The notes under the pieces are model-generated. The model made no database searches. It was given only the letters and a program-made list of their open reading frames with translations, and was not told the origin of the DNA. DNA of 64,000 bases from Clostridia bacterium (lineage in GTDB: Bacteria > Bacillota > Clostridia > Monoglobales > Firm-18). Where the stretch lies: assembly GCA_045545235.1 (NCBI GenBank), contig JAZQAN010000064.1, positions 7,698 to 71,697 of the forward strand, read 5' to 3'. The position numbers and the translations under genes were made by a program. Each line of letters starts with the position of its first letter. The first letter of the stretch is position 1. This document shows positions 17,714 to 27,388 of this stretch, piece after piece.

Positions 17714-18790
17714 TTATATATTTGTTTTTATTGCATTACCGGTTTCTGCAGATTTAAAACATGCTTCCATAACTTTAATTACTCGAAGAGCCTCTTCAGG
17801 CTTGATTTTTAATTCTGATTTTCCTTCAATTGCATCAATAAGCTGTCTGTAAACTGGGTTTAGATTATCTTCAACATCAGTTGGTTCTTCAAGTATTATT
17901 GTTTCAACAGTTGATGGGTCACGAGGTGCCATTGTCTTTGATGGTCCTGCTTTAGTCTTTTTTATATCAACACCCCATTGATCTTCTCGTTCAAGGCATT
18001 TTATTATTTTACCACTGCAATCCCATCCGTCTATCTGAAGGGTGCCTTCGGTACCAAGTACATACCAGCGAGGATGACTTATAAAGTTATTTGTGGAAAC
18101 TTCAATATGAGCGACAACACCATTGTCAAATTCCATTGTGAGGCGAAAATTATCATCAACCTCAGGATATTGAATGCTGAACATTTTACAATAAATATTA
18201 ACGACTTTGTTATTGTAGAACATATACATCATCTGATCAATAAGATGTACACCCCAATCAAGCATCATACCGCCACCTAATGCCTTAGTCTGTCTCCAAC
18301 CTGCAGGCATACCTCTTGAACCTTCAACACGTGATTCAAATATATAAGGCTTACCTATTATTCCGGATTCGACTTGTCTTCTCATAAGAACAAAATCTTT
18401 GTTGACACGTCGGTTTTGGTCTATTGTAAATTTTCCTTTGCTTTTTTTTGCGGCCTCAATCATTTCCTCAAGGTCTTTTGAGTAAATTGTTGCCGGTTTT
18501 TCGCAGATGACGTTTTTATCGGCTTTTAAAGCTTTTATAACAAGTTCCTTATGTGTATCGTTAGTTGTAGAGACTAAAACTATATCAATTTCAGGGTCGT
18601 TTATAAGTTCATCAGCAGAGGAGTATGATACTAAACCAACACTTTTGGCATACTCACCGCGTTCGGGATTTATATCGTATATACCTTTAATATCTATTTT
18701 TTCAAATTTTTTACATTGGTTAAAGTGGTGACCCGCCATACCGCCAAAGCCAATAATTCCCATTTTATATGTTTTCATTATGCCCACCAC
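17714..18790 (-). CDS. Gfo/Idh/MocA family oxidoreductase
   Basis: N-terminal Rossmann motif MGIIGFGGMAGHH, an EKP motif (VICEKPAT) and a C-terminal alpha/beta domain. Confidence 0.85.
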   Translation of the reverse strand: MVGIMKTYKMGIIGFGGMAGHHFNQCKKFEKIDIKGIYDINPERGEYAKSVGLVSYSSADELINDPEIDIVLVSTTNDTHKELVIKALKADKNVICEKPATIYSKDLEEMIEAAKKSKGKFTIDQNRRVNKDFVLMRRQVESGIIGKPYIFESRVEGSRGMPAGWRQTKALGGGMMLDWGVHLIDQMMYMFYNNKVVNIYCKMFSIQYPEVDDNFRLTMEFDNGVVAHIEVSTNNFISHPRWYVLGTEGTLQIDGWDCSGKIIKCLEREDQWGVDIKKTKAGPSKTMAPRDPSTVETIILEEPTDVEDNLNPVYRQLIDAIEGKSELKIKPEEALRVIKVMEACFKSAETGNAIKTNI

Positions 18791-19743
18791 ATTTCTCCTG
18801 CATTTTCGTATATTAAAACTTCCTTTAAGAATGAAACAGCTTTTTCAAGACCTTCTGTAGGTGACATCAAACCATCCTCGTGTTCGATACTTATTGCACC
18901 ATCATATCCGATCATTTTTAGTGTGCTAATAACATCGTTCCAAAACTCTTTTCCGTGACCGTAGCCTACTGTTCTGAATACCCATGAACGTTCTGCAATT
19001 TTGTCAAGAGATTTTGTGTCAAGTACACCGTTTACTGCACAGTTAATAGGATCTATTTTAGTGTCCTTTGCGTGAAAATGGTAAATAGCACCTTTTAATG
19101 TTTTTATTGCCGCACAAATATCAATATTTTGCCATATAAGATGACTTGGGTCAAAGTTTGCACCGATTATATCACCAACAGCTTCACGAAGTCTAAGTAA
19201 TGTTTCTGGATTATAAACAACAAAACCCGGATGAAGTTCAAAAGCAATTTTTGTAACATTATGTTTTTTTGCGAATTCAGCCATATCTTTCCAATATGGA
19301 ATTACTTTTTCATTCCATTGCCATTCTAAAACTTCGGCAAAGTCAGTAGGCCATGCGCAAGTTACCCAGTTTGGATTTTTTGATTCCTCACAGTCACCGG
19401 GGCACCCTGAAAAACCAATAATTGTATCTACTTTTAATAGTTCAGCAACTAAAATTGCATTTTTAAATTCGTTGTGAAATTTTTCGGCAATTTCTTTGTT
19501 GGGATGCAATGGATTGCCGTGACAGCTTATTGCGGATATTTCCAAATTGTTTTCCATAAGTATATTTTTGATTTTTTCTACATTTTCAGGATGACCTATA
19601 AGTTCATTTGCCTTGATATGTGCATCTCCAGGGTAACCCCCTGCACCAAGTTCTACACAGTCAATCCCTAAAGATGACAAATATTTCATAGCTTTTTCAA
19701 AAGGCATAGATGCCACTGCAGGATTCATAACTCCTAATTTCAT
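18778..19743 (-). CDS. Sugar phosphate isomerase/epimerase (xylose isomerase-like TIM barrel)
   Basis: Size and sequence style match the AP-endonuclease-2/xylose-isomerase-like TIM family (VELGAGGYPGD, FELHPG, SIEHED). It overlaps the downstream oxidoreductase by 13 nt. Confidence 0.75.
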   Translation of the reverse strand: MKLGVMNPAVASMPFEKAMKYLSSLGIDCVELGAGGYPGDAHIKANELIGHPENVEKIKNILMENNLEISAISCHGNPLHPNKEIAEKFHNEFKNAILVAELLKVDTIIGFSGCPGDCEESKNPNWVTCAWPTDFAEVLEWQWNEKVIPYWKDMAEFAKKHNVTKIAFELHPGFVVYNPETLLRLREAVGDIIGANFDPSHLIWQNIDICAAIKTLKGAIYHFHAKDTKIDPINCAVNGVLDTKSLDKIAERSWVFRTVGYGHGKEFWNDVISTLKMIGYDGAISIEHEDGLMSPTEGLEKAVSFLKEVLIYENAGEMWWA

Positions 19744-19746
19744 TTT

Positions 19747-20739
19747 TCATTCTCCTTTACTTGTTGATTTTCTTATTACTATTTTGTGATCTAAAATTGT
19801 GTTTTGTGGTTTTTTGCCGTTAATACGTTCAAGCAACATATCAAAAGCAACTTTACCCATTTCTTTGTGTGGTTGAGCAATAGTTGAAATTGATGGATTA
19901 AATATGTATGATATATCAGTATTATCGAAGCCGACAACCATAATATCTTCGGGTACTCTAAAGCCTTTTTCCTGCAAGGCAACAATGGAGGCAGCAGCCA
20001 TTTTATCTGATATTGCGAATATTGCATCGTAGTTTACATTATTATTTAGATAGTCGGACATTAATTTATGAGTGTTTCTGAAACCAAAATTACTGAAAAT
20101 AACATTTTCGTGTTTGTATTCGATATTGTTTTCTGTCAAAGCCTCTTTGTAACCCTCAAGACGTTCTTTTGCACTTATTATGTTGGGGTCATCAACTCCT
20201 ATGAAAAGAATATCTTTCCTGCCGTTTGCTATGATATAATTAATTGCATCTTTTGCGGCTTTTTTATTGTTTATTGTAACATAAGGCGTGGTGTTTGGAT
20301 CAGCATACTCTGAACATTGTATCACTGGAAATTGCATTGATAGGTCAGACATTGCATCCTCACTTAAAGTGCTGTTTATAACAATCATACCATCAACAAA
20401 TTTGTTTTTTACATAGTTCAAATATCTTTCTTCGGTTTTTGGGTCATCGTTTGTTGCACATATCATAATACTGTAACCATATTTTTTTGCCTCATTGTCA
20501 ATACTATTTATAATTTTGGCACAAAACGAATTGACAACAGAAGTAAGCATAACTAAAATGATGTTGGTTTTTTTGCAACGAAGATGTTTACCAAACAGAT
20601 TTTGTTGATAACCTGTTTCTTCGATTGCTTTTAGTACTTTGTTTTTTGTATCTTCCGAAACTTTTTCGGGTTCGTTAAGTACACGGGATATCGTAGCAAC
20701 TGAAACACCTGCATATTTTGCAACATCTTTAATTGTCAA
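19747..20739 (-). CDS. LacI family transcriptional regulator
   Basis: N-terminal HTH IKDVAKYAGVSVATISRVLN plus a periplasmic-binding-protein-like sugar-binding core. Confidence 0.9.
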   Translation of the reverse strand: MTIKDVAKYAGVSVATISRVLNEPEKVSEDTKNKVLKAIEETGYQQNLFGKHLRCKKTNIILVMLTSVVNSFCAKIINSIDNEAKKYGYSIMICATNDDPKTEERYLNYVKNKFVDGMIVINSTLSEDAMSDLSMQFPVIQCSEYADPNTTPYVTINNKKAAKDAINYIIANGRKDILFIGVDDPNIISAKERLEGYKEALTENNIEYKHENVIFSNFGFRNTHKLMSDYLNNNVNYDAIFAISDKMAAASIVALQEKGFRVPEDIMVVGFDNTDISYIFNPSISTIAQPHKEMGKVAFDMLLERINGKKPQNTILDHKIVIRKSTSKGE

Positions 20740-20754
20740 AATATCACCTCATTA

Positions 20755-20768
20755 TGTAATCGTTTACA
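20755..20768 (-). promoter_or_regulatory. LacI/CcpA-type palindromic operator TGTAATCGTTTACA
   Basis: 14-bp palindrome of the form TGTAAnCGnTTACA, located between the putative -10 and the SD of the LacI-family gene. Confidence 0.65.
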
Positions 20769-20773
20769 AATTT

Positions 20774-20802
20774 ATTTTACTTTACAAAAATAAGTATGTC
20801 AA
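20774..20802 (-). promoter_or_regulatory. Putative sigma-A promoter of the LacI-isomerase-oxidoreductase operon (TTGACA-17-TAAAAT on the minus strand)
   Basis: The reverse complement reads TTGACA, a 17-nt spacer, then TAAAAT. The operator starts 5 nt downstream of the -10. Confidence 0.6.
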
Positions 20803-20860
20803 TACATATTTTAAAAAAATACACACAAAATAAAATAAAATATTTTAATGAGGTGTTTTT

Positions 20861-21040
20861 ATGAAAAGCTATAAAAATTTCAGCGACTTACTTGAAAAGA
20901 GTCCTAATGCATATAAATATTATTCGTCGCTTTCTTATGACGTTCAGGAAATGCTAAATGATGCAAGTCCAAATATTTGTACGGAAAATGATTTAATTAA
21001 CTACGTGGAAAATCAAATGATAATAGATGAAACCAACTGA
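20861..21040 (+). CDS. Hypothetical 59-aa protein (not in ORF track)
   Basis: Translates as MKSYKNFSDLLEKSPNAYKYYSSLSYDVQEMLNDASPNICTENDLINYVENQMIIDETN. SD GAGGTG lies 6 nt upstream, and a terminator hairpin overlaps the stop (AAACCAAC/GTTGGTTT plus a T-tract, 21030..21062). Confidence 0.45.
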   Translation: MKSYKNFSDLLEKSPNAYKYYSSLSYDVQEMLNDASPNICTENDLINYVENQMIIDETN

Positions 21041-21171
21041 TTTTTCGGTTGGTTTGATTTTTGTAATTGATTTATATGTGATTATATGGTATTATTATTA
21101 AATATTGTATTTTTACTAACTTGATATTATCATAGTAAGACTGTCGAATTTTGTCTAAGGGAGAACAAAAT

Positions 21172-21648
21172 ATGAAATCACATATAGTAAAAGGCGTTAT
21201 AAGCGCTGTTGTGACATTTATATTATTTTTAGTTATGTCAATTATTTTAACTTTTTTCATTGAGAAGCAAATTTTTCTTTATGACAATTTAGATATTTTT
21301 CCGCCTAATGTGTTTGGTGTTATAGTTTTACTTATATCTTTACTGATACCAGTTGTTTTTATAAAATTTAAAAAGTTTATAGAAATGTTAATTTTTTCAG
21401 TGATTTATTACTTATCGGTTAGAGTTCTGTATATAGTGTTTTTTGGCGGAGGATATGCATTGGCTTTTACTTTATACAATTATGGGGTTGAAATTCCTTT
21501 AGTTATTTCAAATGAATTTTGGGATGCAACATTTTATAATTTGATTTACATACCAATTGGAATTATTTTAGGTTTTATATGTTCGATAGTTATTAATGTT
21601 ATTAGAAACAGCATTGAAAAGAAAAGTATTAAAACAGATGATACATAA
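21172..21648 (+). CDS. Hypothetical polytopic membrane protein
   Basis: About 5 predicted TM helices. SD AAGGGAGAA precedes ATG 21172. No recognisable motif. Confidence 0.5.
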   Translation: MKSHIVKGVISAVVTFILFLVMSIILTFFIEKQIFLYDNLDIFPPNVFGVIVLLISLLIPVVFIKFKKFIEMLIFSVIYYLSVRVLYIVFFGGGYALAFTLYNYGVEIPLVISNEFWDATFYNLIYIPIGIILGFICSIVINVIRNSIEKKSIKTDDT

Positions 21649-21701
21649 TGAATTGTACATTTTTTACTAATATTAAGGAATGACAGAGGTTAGTGTTACA
21701 T

Positions 21702-22457
21702 ATGAAAAATAGGTACAGTATTTCTAAAACAAGAGCACATTATTTTTTTAGGTTATTTGCAAGAATTGTAATTTTACTTTTTGTGGTTTTTCTTTATTTT
21801 TTTAAAAGAAATGAATTTAATATTGCAAAAGAAATGAAATTTTTTAGTGAATTTTCTGTGTTACATATATTATGGCTTATCTGGATTGCTGATATGATTC
21901 AACAAGTTATTCCCGTTAAGGCACATATTTCCATAGGTTCTCAAAAGGTTTTTCAATCTCTTTTCAAGCCAATTAAGGAAAAGATTAATTATAAAAATTT
22001 AAAAAAATACATAAAAGATACAACTGTATCTGCATATAAAGTTATGATAATATGGATTACACTTACAATGTTATTAAGCGTACTTCACATAAACGGAATT
22101 ATTGATGTTGCAGGTATGATTGTTGTTTCAACTTTTTTCTATGTGTGCGATTTAATATGCGTACTTATATGGTGTCCGTTCAGGCTTATCATGAAAAATA
22201 AATGTTGTACAACCTGTAGAATTTTCAACTGGGATCACCTTATGATGTTTTTGCCAATTATAAGTGTAAATAGCTTCTTTTCCTGGTCGCTCGTTATATT
22301 TTCAGTTATAATATGGCTTGTGTGGGAAGTATGTGTGTTTACTTACCCTGAAAGATTCTGGGAAAACAGTAATATGGCACTAAAATGTTCAGAATGTACA
22401 GATAAGCTATGCACACAGTATTGCAGAAAATTAAGTAAGAATAATTTTAAAAAATAA
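21702..22457 (+). CDS. Hypothetical polytopic membrane protein with Cys-rich motifs
   Basis: Several TM helices, with Cys clusters KCCTTCRIFNWDH and CSECTDKLCTQYC. SD AGAGGT precedes ATG 21702. Confidence 0.5.
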   Translation: MKNRYSISKTRAHYFFRLFARIVILLFVVFLYFFKRNEFNIAKEMKFFSEFSVLHILWLIWIADMIQQVIPVKAHISIGSQKVFQSLFKPIKEKINYKNLKKYIKDTTVSAYKVMIIWITLTMLLSVLHINGIIDVAGMIVVSTFFYVCDLICVLIWCPFRLIMKNKCCTTCRIFNWDHLMMFLPIISVNSFFSWSLVIFSVIIWLVWEVCVFTYPERFWENSNMALKCSECTDKLCTQYCRKLSKNNFKK

Positions 22458-22475
22458 GATAAAGGAGTGATTGAT

Positions 22476-22763
22476 GTGTATACAATTTACGTTGTATTCA
22501 AATGTCTAGAAGGAAAAAGAGAAAGTTATATCGAAAGGTTAAAGGAAGAGGGAATAGTAGATGCTATAAGAGGTGAAGATGGCTGCATTAAGTATGATTA
22601 TTACTATTCTGAAAAAGACCCACAGGAAATACTGCTTGTTGAAGTATGGGAAAGTATCAAGCATCAACAAATACATCTGGAACAACCTCATATGGTTCGT
22701 TTACGTGAATTAAAACCCGAATATGTTGAAAGTACAAAGCTTGGAGAATTTGATCTTAAATAA
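22476..22763 (+). CDS. Antibiotic-biosynthesis-monooxygenase (ABM) domain protein
   Basis: About 95 aa with a ferredoxin-like ABM pattern (IKYDYYYSEKDPQEILLVEVWESIKHQQIH). GTG 22476 lies 8 nt after SD AAAGGAG, and the track start overlaps the SD. Confidence 0.65.
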   Translation: MYTIYVVFKCLEGKRESYIERLKEEGIVDAIRGEDGCIKYDYYYSEKDPQEILLVEVWESIKHQQIHLEQPHMVRLRELKPEYVESTKLGEFDLK

Positions 22764-22766
22764 TAT

Positions 22767-22793
22767 AATCCCCTCCTTAAACAGGAGGGGATT
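22767..22793. terminator. Bidirectional terminator
   Basis: 11-bp stem AATCCCCTCCT/AGGAGGGGATT between convergent genes. Confidence 0.8.
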
Positions 22794-22797
22794 ATTG

Positions 22798-23622
22798 TTA
22801 TATTTTTTCGATTTTTGAAATAATGTCTTCAAGACCTGTTGTATCTGCTTTTTCGATTTCACCATTATCAACAAGTGATGCAAGTTGTGGATTGATTGGT
22901 AAACTACCTATTGCCGGTATATTGAACTTTTCGGCAATTTCTTTAATATGACTTTTTCCATAGATATAATGTTTTTCATTACAACTAGGGCATTTAAAAT
23001 ATGACATATTTTCTACAATGCCTAGAACCGGTATGTTCATCATATTTGCCATTTTAACAGCTTTTTCGACAATCATTGATACAAGTTCCTGTGGTGATGT
23101 AACAACAATTATACCTTTAACAGGTAATGATTGAAAAACAGTAAGAGGAACATCGCCTGTACCCGGAGGCATGTCAACAAACATAAAGTCTACGTCTTTC
23201 CATATAACATCTGTCCAGAATTGTTTTACTGTTCCTGCAATAACAGGACCTCGCCATACTACGGGGTCAGTTTCATCCGGTAAAAGTAGATTTAGAGAAA
23301 TGACATCTATTCCGTTTTCTGTTTTAGCAGGAATGAGACCATTATCTGTCCCCATAATTTGAGAACGAATTCCAAATGCTTTTGGGATTGAAGGACCCGT
23401 TATATCAGCATCAAGAATTGCTGTATGATACTTTTTGTTATTCATAGCAACAGAAAGAAGAGAGGTTACCATTGATTTTCCAACGCCACCTTTACCACTT
23501 ACTATAGCTATAACATTTTTTATACTTGATTTTGCATTTGGTGCTTCCAAAAAACTTTTTGGTTGTCCTTCGGAACACTTTGAAGTGCATGTTTCACAAT
23601 TGTGTGTGCAATTTTCGCTCAT
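22798..23622 (-). CDS. Mrp/NBP35/ApbC family Fe-S cluster carrier ATPase
   Basis: Deviant Walker A SGKGGVGKS, an N-terminal Cys-rich stretch CTHNCETCTSKC, and a CPSCNEKH motif. Confidence 0.85.
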   Translation of the reverse strand: MSENCTHNCETCTSKCSEGQPKSFLEAPNAKSSIKNVIAIVSGKGGVGKSMVTSLLSVAMNNKKYHTAILDADITGPSIPKAFGIRSQIMGTDNGLIPAKTENGIDVISLNLLLPDETDPVVWRGPVIAGTVKQFWTDVIWKDVDFMFVDMPPGTGDVPLTVFQSLPVKGIIVVTSPQELVSMIVEKAVKMANMMNIPVLGIVENMSYFKCPSCNEKHYIYGKSHIKEIAEKFNIPAIGSLPINPQLASLVDNGEIEKADTTGLEDIISKIEKI

Positions 23623-23744
23623 TATTCAAGACTCCTTTTTTCATATCTTAGATTATTCTACAACTATTTTTTGATTCTGTCAACATGATGAATTTGTGTA
23701 TATTTTAACAGGGGTTTATTTATTTGTAGTTAATATTATTTACC

Positions 23745-23773
23745 TTGACACATAAAAATAAAATTGTTATAAT
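23745..23773 (+). promoter_or_regulatory. Consensus sigma-A promoter of PFOR (TTGACA-17-TATAAT)
   Basis: Both hexamers are perfect with a 17-nt spacer, about 65 nt upstream of the start codon. Confidence 0.75.
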
Positions 23774-23838
23774 AAATTAAAGATTTTTTGTTAATAAGAG
23801 TATCTTTAAAATATATATTTTACTAGGAGGATTTGTTT

Positions 23839-26800
23839 ATGGCAAGAAAAATGAAAACAATGGATGGTAATAACGCAGCTGCATGGGCGTCATATGCTTT
23901 TACTGATGTAGCTTGTATTTACCCCATAACACCATCGTCTGTAATGGCAGAGGTAACAGATGAATGGGCAGTAGAAAAGAAAGAAAATATTTTTGGGCAA
24001 CCTGTTAAAGTTGTTGAGATGCAGTCTGAAGCAGGTGCAGCTGGTGCTGTACATGGTTCATTGGCAGCAGGTGCATTAACTACAACTTATACAGCTTCAC
24101 AAGGTTTGCTTCTTATGATTCCAAATATGTATAAAATGGCAGGCGAATTGTTACCATCTGTTATTCATGTAAGTGCACGCTGTGTTGCTTCACACGCGCT
24201 TAATATTTTTGGTGATCACTCTGACGTAATGGCTTGTCGCCAGACGGGTTATGCAATGCTATGTTCAAATAGCGCTCAGGAAGTTATGGACCTTGGTGCA
24301 ATAGCACATTTGTCTGCTATTAAAGGAAGAATTCCGTTCCTTCATTTCTTTGATGGTTTCAGAACATCACATGAAATTGATAAAATTGAGGTTTGGGATT
24401 ACGAGGACCTTAAAGATATGATAGATATGGATGCGGTTAAGGAATTCAGAAACACTGCTCTTAACCCTGAACATCCTGTACTTCGCGGTTCTGCACAGAA
24501 TCCTGATATATTCTTCCAGAACAGAGAAGCTTGTAATACTCAATATAACAATATTCCAGCGGTTGTTGAGGAATATATGAACAAGGTTAATGAAAAAATT
24601 GGAACAAACTATGGTCTTGTTAATTACTATGGTGCACCTGATGCAACAAAGGTTTTGGTTGCTATGGGTTCAGTATGTGAAACTATTGAAGAAACAATAG
24701 ATTATCTTGCAAGTAAAGGTGAAAAGGTTGGTCTTATTAAAGTTCGTCTTTACAGACCGTTCCCGGTAGAAGCTTTTCTTAAAGCGGTTCCTGCAACCTG
24801 TAAAAAAATTGCTGTTCTTGACAGAACAAAAGAACCGGGTTCAATTGGCGAACCATTGTATCTTGATGTATGTGCATGTTATGCAGGAAATCCTGATGCT
24901 CCGATGATTGTTGGCGGTAGATATGGTCTTGGTTCAAAAGATACAATCCCTGCTGATATTATTGCCGCTTATAAGAATCTTGATTCAGATAAGCCTGTTA
25001 AAGGTTTTACTCTTTCAATCACAGATGATGTTACCAATCTTTCTCTACCAAGAGAGGAAAATCCAAATACAGCTGCAGATGGTATCACATCCTGTAAGTT
25101 CTGGGGGTTAGGTTCTGACGGTACTGTAGGCGCCAATAAGGATTCAATTAAGATTATCGGTGACCATACTGATTTGTATGCACAGGCTTATTTTGATTAT
25201 GACTCTAAAAAATCTGGCGGTATTACGGTTTCTCACTTAAGATTTGGTAAAAGTCCGATTAAATCAACTTATCTTATAAATAAAGCTGATTTTGTTGCTT
25301 GTCATAATCCATCATATGTTAACAAATATGATATGGTTGATGATTTGGTTCCGGGTGGCAAATTTCTGCTTAATTGTGCATGGTCAGTTGATGAATTATC
25401 AGCTAACTTACCTGCTAAAACAAAGAAATTTATTGCAGAAAATAATATTTCTCTATATACAATTGACGCTATTGGTATAGCTAAGGATATTGGTCTTGGC
25501 AACAAAACTTCTATTGTACTTCAGTCTGCTTTCTTTAAATTGGCAAATGTTATACCTTTTGATGAGGCTGTTGAATATATGAAAGCGGCTGTTGTCAAGA
25601 AATTTAGTAAGAAGGGCGAAAAAATTGTTAACATGAATCATGAGGCTATTAAGCTTGGTGCAGAAAATGTTAACGAAATTACCATTCCTGCTGAATGGAA
25701 GAATGCTGTTGAAACAGATATTACTGAAGGTGAAAATGTTCCTGATTTTGTTAAAAATATACTTGCACCATGTACTGCACAAAAAGGTAACACTCTTCCG
25801 GTTTCTACATTTATGGGTATGGTAGACGGTCACCTTCCACAAGGTATGGCAGCTTATGAAAAACGTGGTATTGCAGTTGATGTTCCTGAATGGGATGTAA
25901 CAAAGTGTATTCAGTGTAACCAGTGTGCTGCTGTTTGTCCTCATGCTGCGATTCGTCCAATTGTTTTAAATGAGGAAGAAGCTTCAAATGCACCTGATGG
26001 TATGAAGATGAAGCCTATGACAGGAAAAGCGCAGTATAAGTTTGCAATGGTTATATCACCACTTGACTGTGCAGGTTGTGGTAACTGCGTAAAGGTTTGT
26101 CCTGAAAAGGTACAGGCATTGAGCTTAAAACCGTTGGCTTCTCAGCTACATGAACAAGCTATTTATAATTATGCTGTTAAAACATCTGTTAAAGATGATG
26201 TTGTTAATGGTCCGCTTAATGTTAAAAATTCGCAGTTCCGTCAGCCGTTGCTTGAATTCTCAGGTGCTTGTGCTGGTTGTGGTGAAACACCTTATGCTAA
26301 AATGATTACACAGATTTGTGGTGACAAAGCATATATTTCAAATGCTACAGGCTGTTCGTCAATCTGGGCAGGTTCTGCACCATCTACACCTTATACAGTG
26401 AACCACGAAGGACATGGTCCTGCTTGGGCTAACTCATTGTTTGAAGATAACGCTGAACATGGTCTTGGTATGGCAGTTGCTGCAAAACAACTTAGAAATA
26501 GACTTGCTGAAAAACTTGATAAACTCGAAAATACTGATGTTAAAGTTGCAGTTGCGGAGTGGAAAGCAACATATGAGGATATAGATGCTAATGCTCTTGC
26601 GACAAAAAAACTTGTTTCTGCTTTAGAAGCTTGTGGTTGTGATGCAGCTAAAGAAATTTTAGATATGAAGGAATTCTTATCTAAAAAAGCTGTATGGATT
26701 TTTGGTGGCGACGGTTGGGCTTATGATATAGGCTTCGGTGGTCTTGATCATGTACTTGCTTCTGGTGAAGATGTAAATGTTATGGTATTTGATACTGAAG

Positions 26801-27339
26801 TGTACTCAAATACAGGTGGTCAGGCTTCTAAGGCTACTCAAACAGGTGCTGTTGCACAGTTTGCTGCAGGGGGTAAGCCAATTAAAAAGAAAAATCTTGC
26901 GGAAATTGCAATGTCTTATGGTTATGTATATGTAGCACAGGTTGCTATGGGATATGATATGAACCAGACAGTTAAGGCAATTAAAGAAGCTGTTGCTTAT
27001 AACGGTCCTTCATTGATTATTGGTTATGCTCCATGTATTAACCATGGTATTAAAGGTGGCATGACTGATACTCAAAAAGTAATTAAAAATGCTGTTCTTG
27101 CAGGCTATTGGCATACATTCAGATTTAATCCTACCCTTGTTGCTGAAGGAAAAAATCCATTCCAGATGGATTCTAAAGAACCAACAGCATCTTATAATGA
27201 CTTTATTATGAATGAAGTTCGATATAGTTCGTTAGCTCGCAAATTCCCTGAAAAAGCAGAAGAATTATTTAAAGCAGCAGAGGAACAGGCAAAAGAAAAA
27301 TATGAACATTTGACAAAATATTCAAAATTGTTTGAATAA
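23839..27339 (+). CDS. nifJ: Pyruvate:ferredoxin (flavodoxin) oxidoreductase
   Basis: About 1166 aa. Two 4Fe-4S motifs (CIQCNQCAAVCPH and CAGCGNCVKVCP) and the TPP motif GGDGWAYDIG. ATG 23839 lies 8 nt after AGGAGG. Confidence 0.95.
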   Translation: MARKMKTMDGNNAAAWASYAFTDVACIYPITPSSVMAEVTDEWAVEKKENIFGQPVKVVEMQSEAGAAGAVHGSLAAGALTTTYTASQGLLLMIPNMYKMAGELLPSVIHVSARCVASHALNIFGDHSDVMACRQTGYAMLCSNSAQEVMDLGAIAHLSAIKGRIPFLHFFDGFRTSHEIDKIEVWDYEDLKDMIDMDAVKEFRNTALNPEHPVLRGSAQNPDIFFQNREACNTQYNNIPAVVEEYMNKVNEKIGTNYGLVNYYGAPDATKVLVAMGSVCETIEETIDYLASKGEKVGLIKVRLYRPFPVEAFLKAVPATCKKIAVLDRTKEPGSIGEPLYLDVCACYAGNPDAPMIVGGRYGLGSKDTIPADIIAAYKNLDSDKPVKGFTLSITDDVTNLSLPREENPNTAADGITSCKFWGLGSDGTVGANKDSIKIIGDHTDLYAQAYFDYDSKKSGGITVSHLRFGKSPIKSTYLINKADFVACHNPSYVNKYDMVDDLVPGGKFLLNCAWSVDELSANLPAKTKKFIAENNISLYTIDAIGIAKDIGLGNKTSIVLQSAFFKLANVIPFDEAVEYMKAAVVKKFSKKGEKIVNMNHEAIKLGAENVNEITIPAEWKNAVETDITEGENVPDFVKNILAPCTAQKGNTLPVSTFMGMVDGHLPQGMAAYEKRGIAVDVPEWDVTKCIQCNQCAAVCPHAAIRPIVLNEEEASNAPDGMKMKPMTGKAQYKFAMVISPLDCAGCGNCVKVCPEKVQALSLKPLASQLHEQAIYNYAVKTSVKDDVVNGPLNVKNSQFRQPLLEFSGACAGCGETPYAKMITQICGDKAYISNATGCSSIWAGSAPSTPYTVNHEGHGPAWANSLFEDNAEHGLGMAVAAKQLRNRLAEKLDKLENTDVKVAVAEWKATYEDIDANALATKKLVSALEACGCDAAKEILDMKEFLSKKAVWIFGGDGWAYDIGFGGLDHVLASGEDVNVMVFDTEVYSNTGGQASKATQTGAVAQFAAGGKPIKKKNLAEIAMSYGYVYVAQVAMGYDMNQTVKAIKEAVAYNGPSLIIGYAPCINHGIKGGMTDTQKVIKNAVLAGYWHTFRFNPTLVAEGKNPFQMDSKEPTASYNDFIMNEVRYSSLARKFPEKAEELFKAAEEQAKEKYEHLTKYSKLFE

Positions 27340-27341
27340 TA

Positions 27342-27377
27342 AAAAAGCTCCTACGGTTAATTCCGTAGGAGCTTTTT
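27342..27377. terminator. Bidirectional rho-independent terminator
   Basis: Stem GCTCCTACGG/CCGTAGGAGC flanked by an A-tract and a T-tract, between convergent nifJ and mntP. Confidence 0.85.
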
Positions 27378-27388
27378 ATGTAACAATT

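Noticed and set aside
23780-23800. Rex operator upstream of PFOR (TTGTTAA half-site)
   Set aside because: Only one half-site is present. The partner half (TTAACAA at the correct spacing) is absent.
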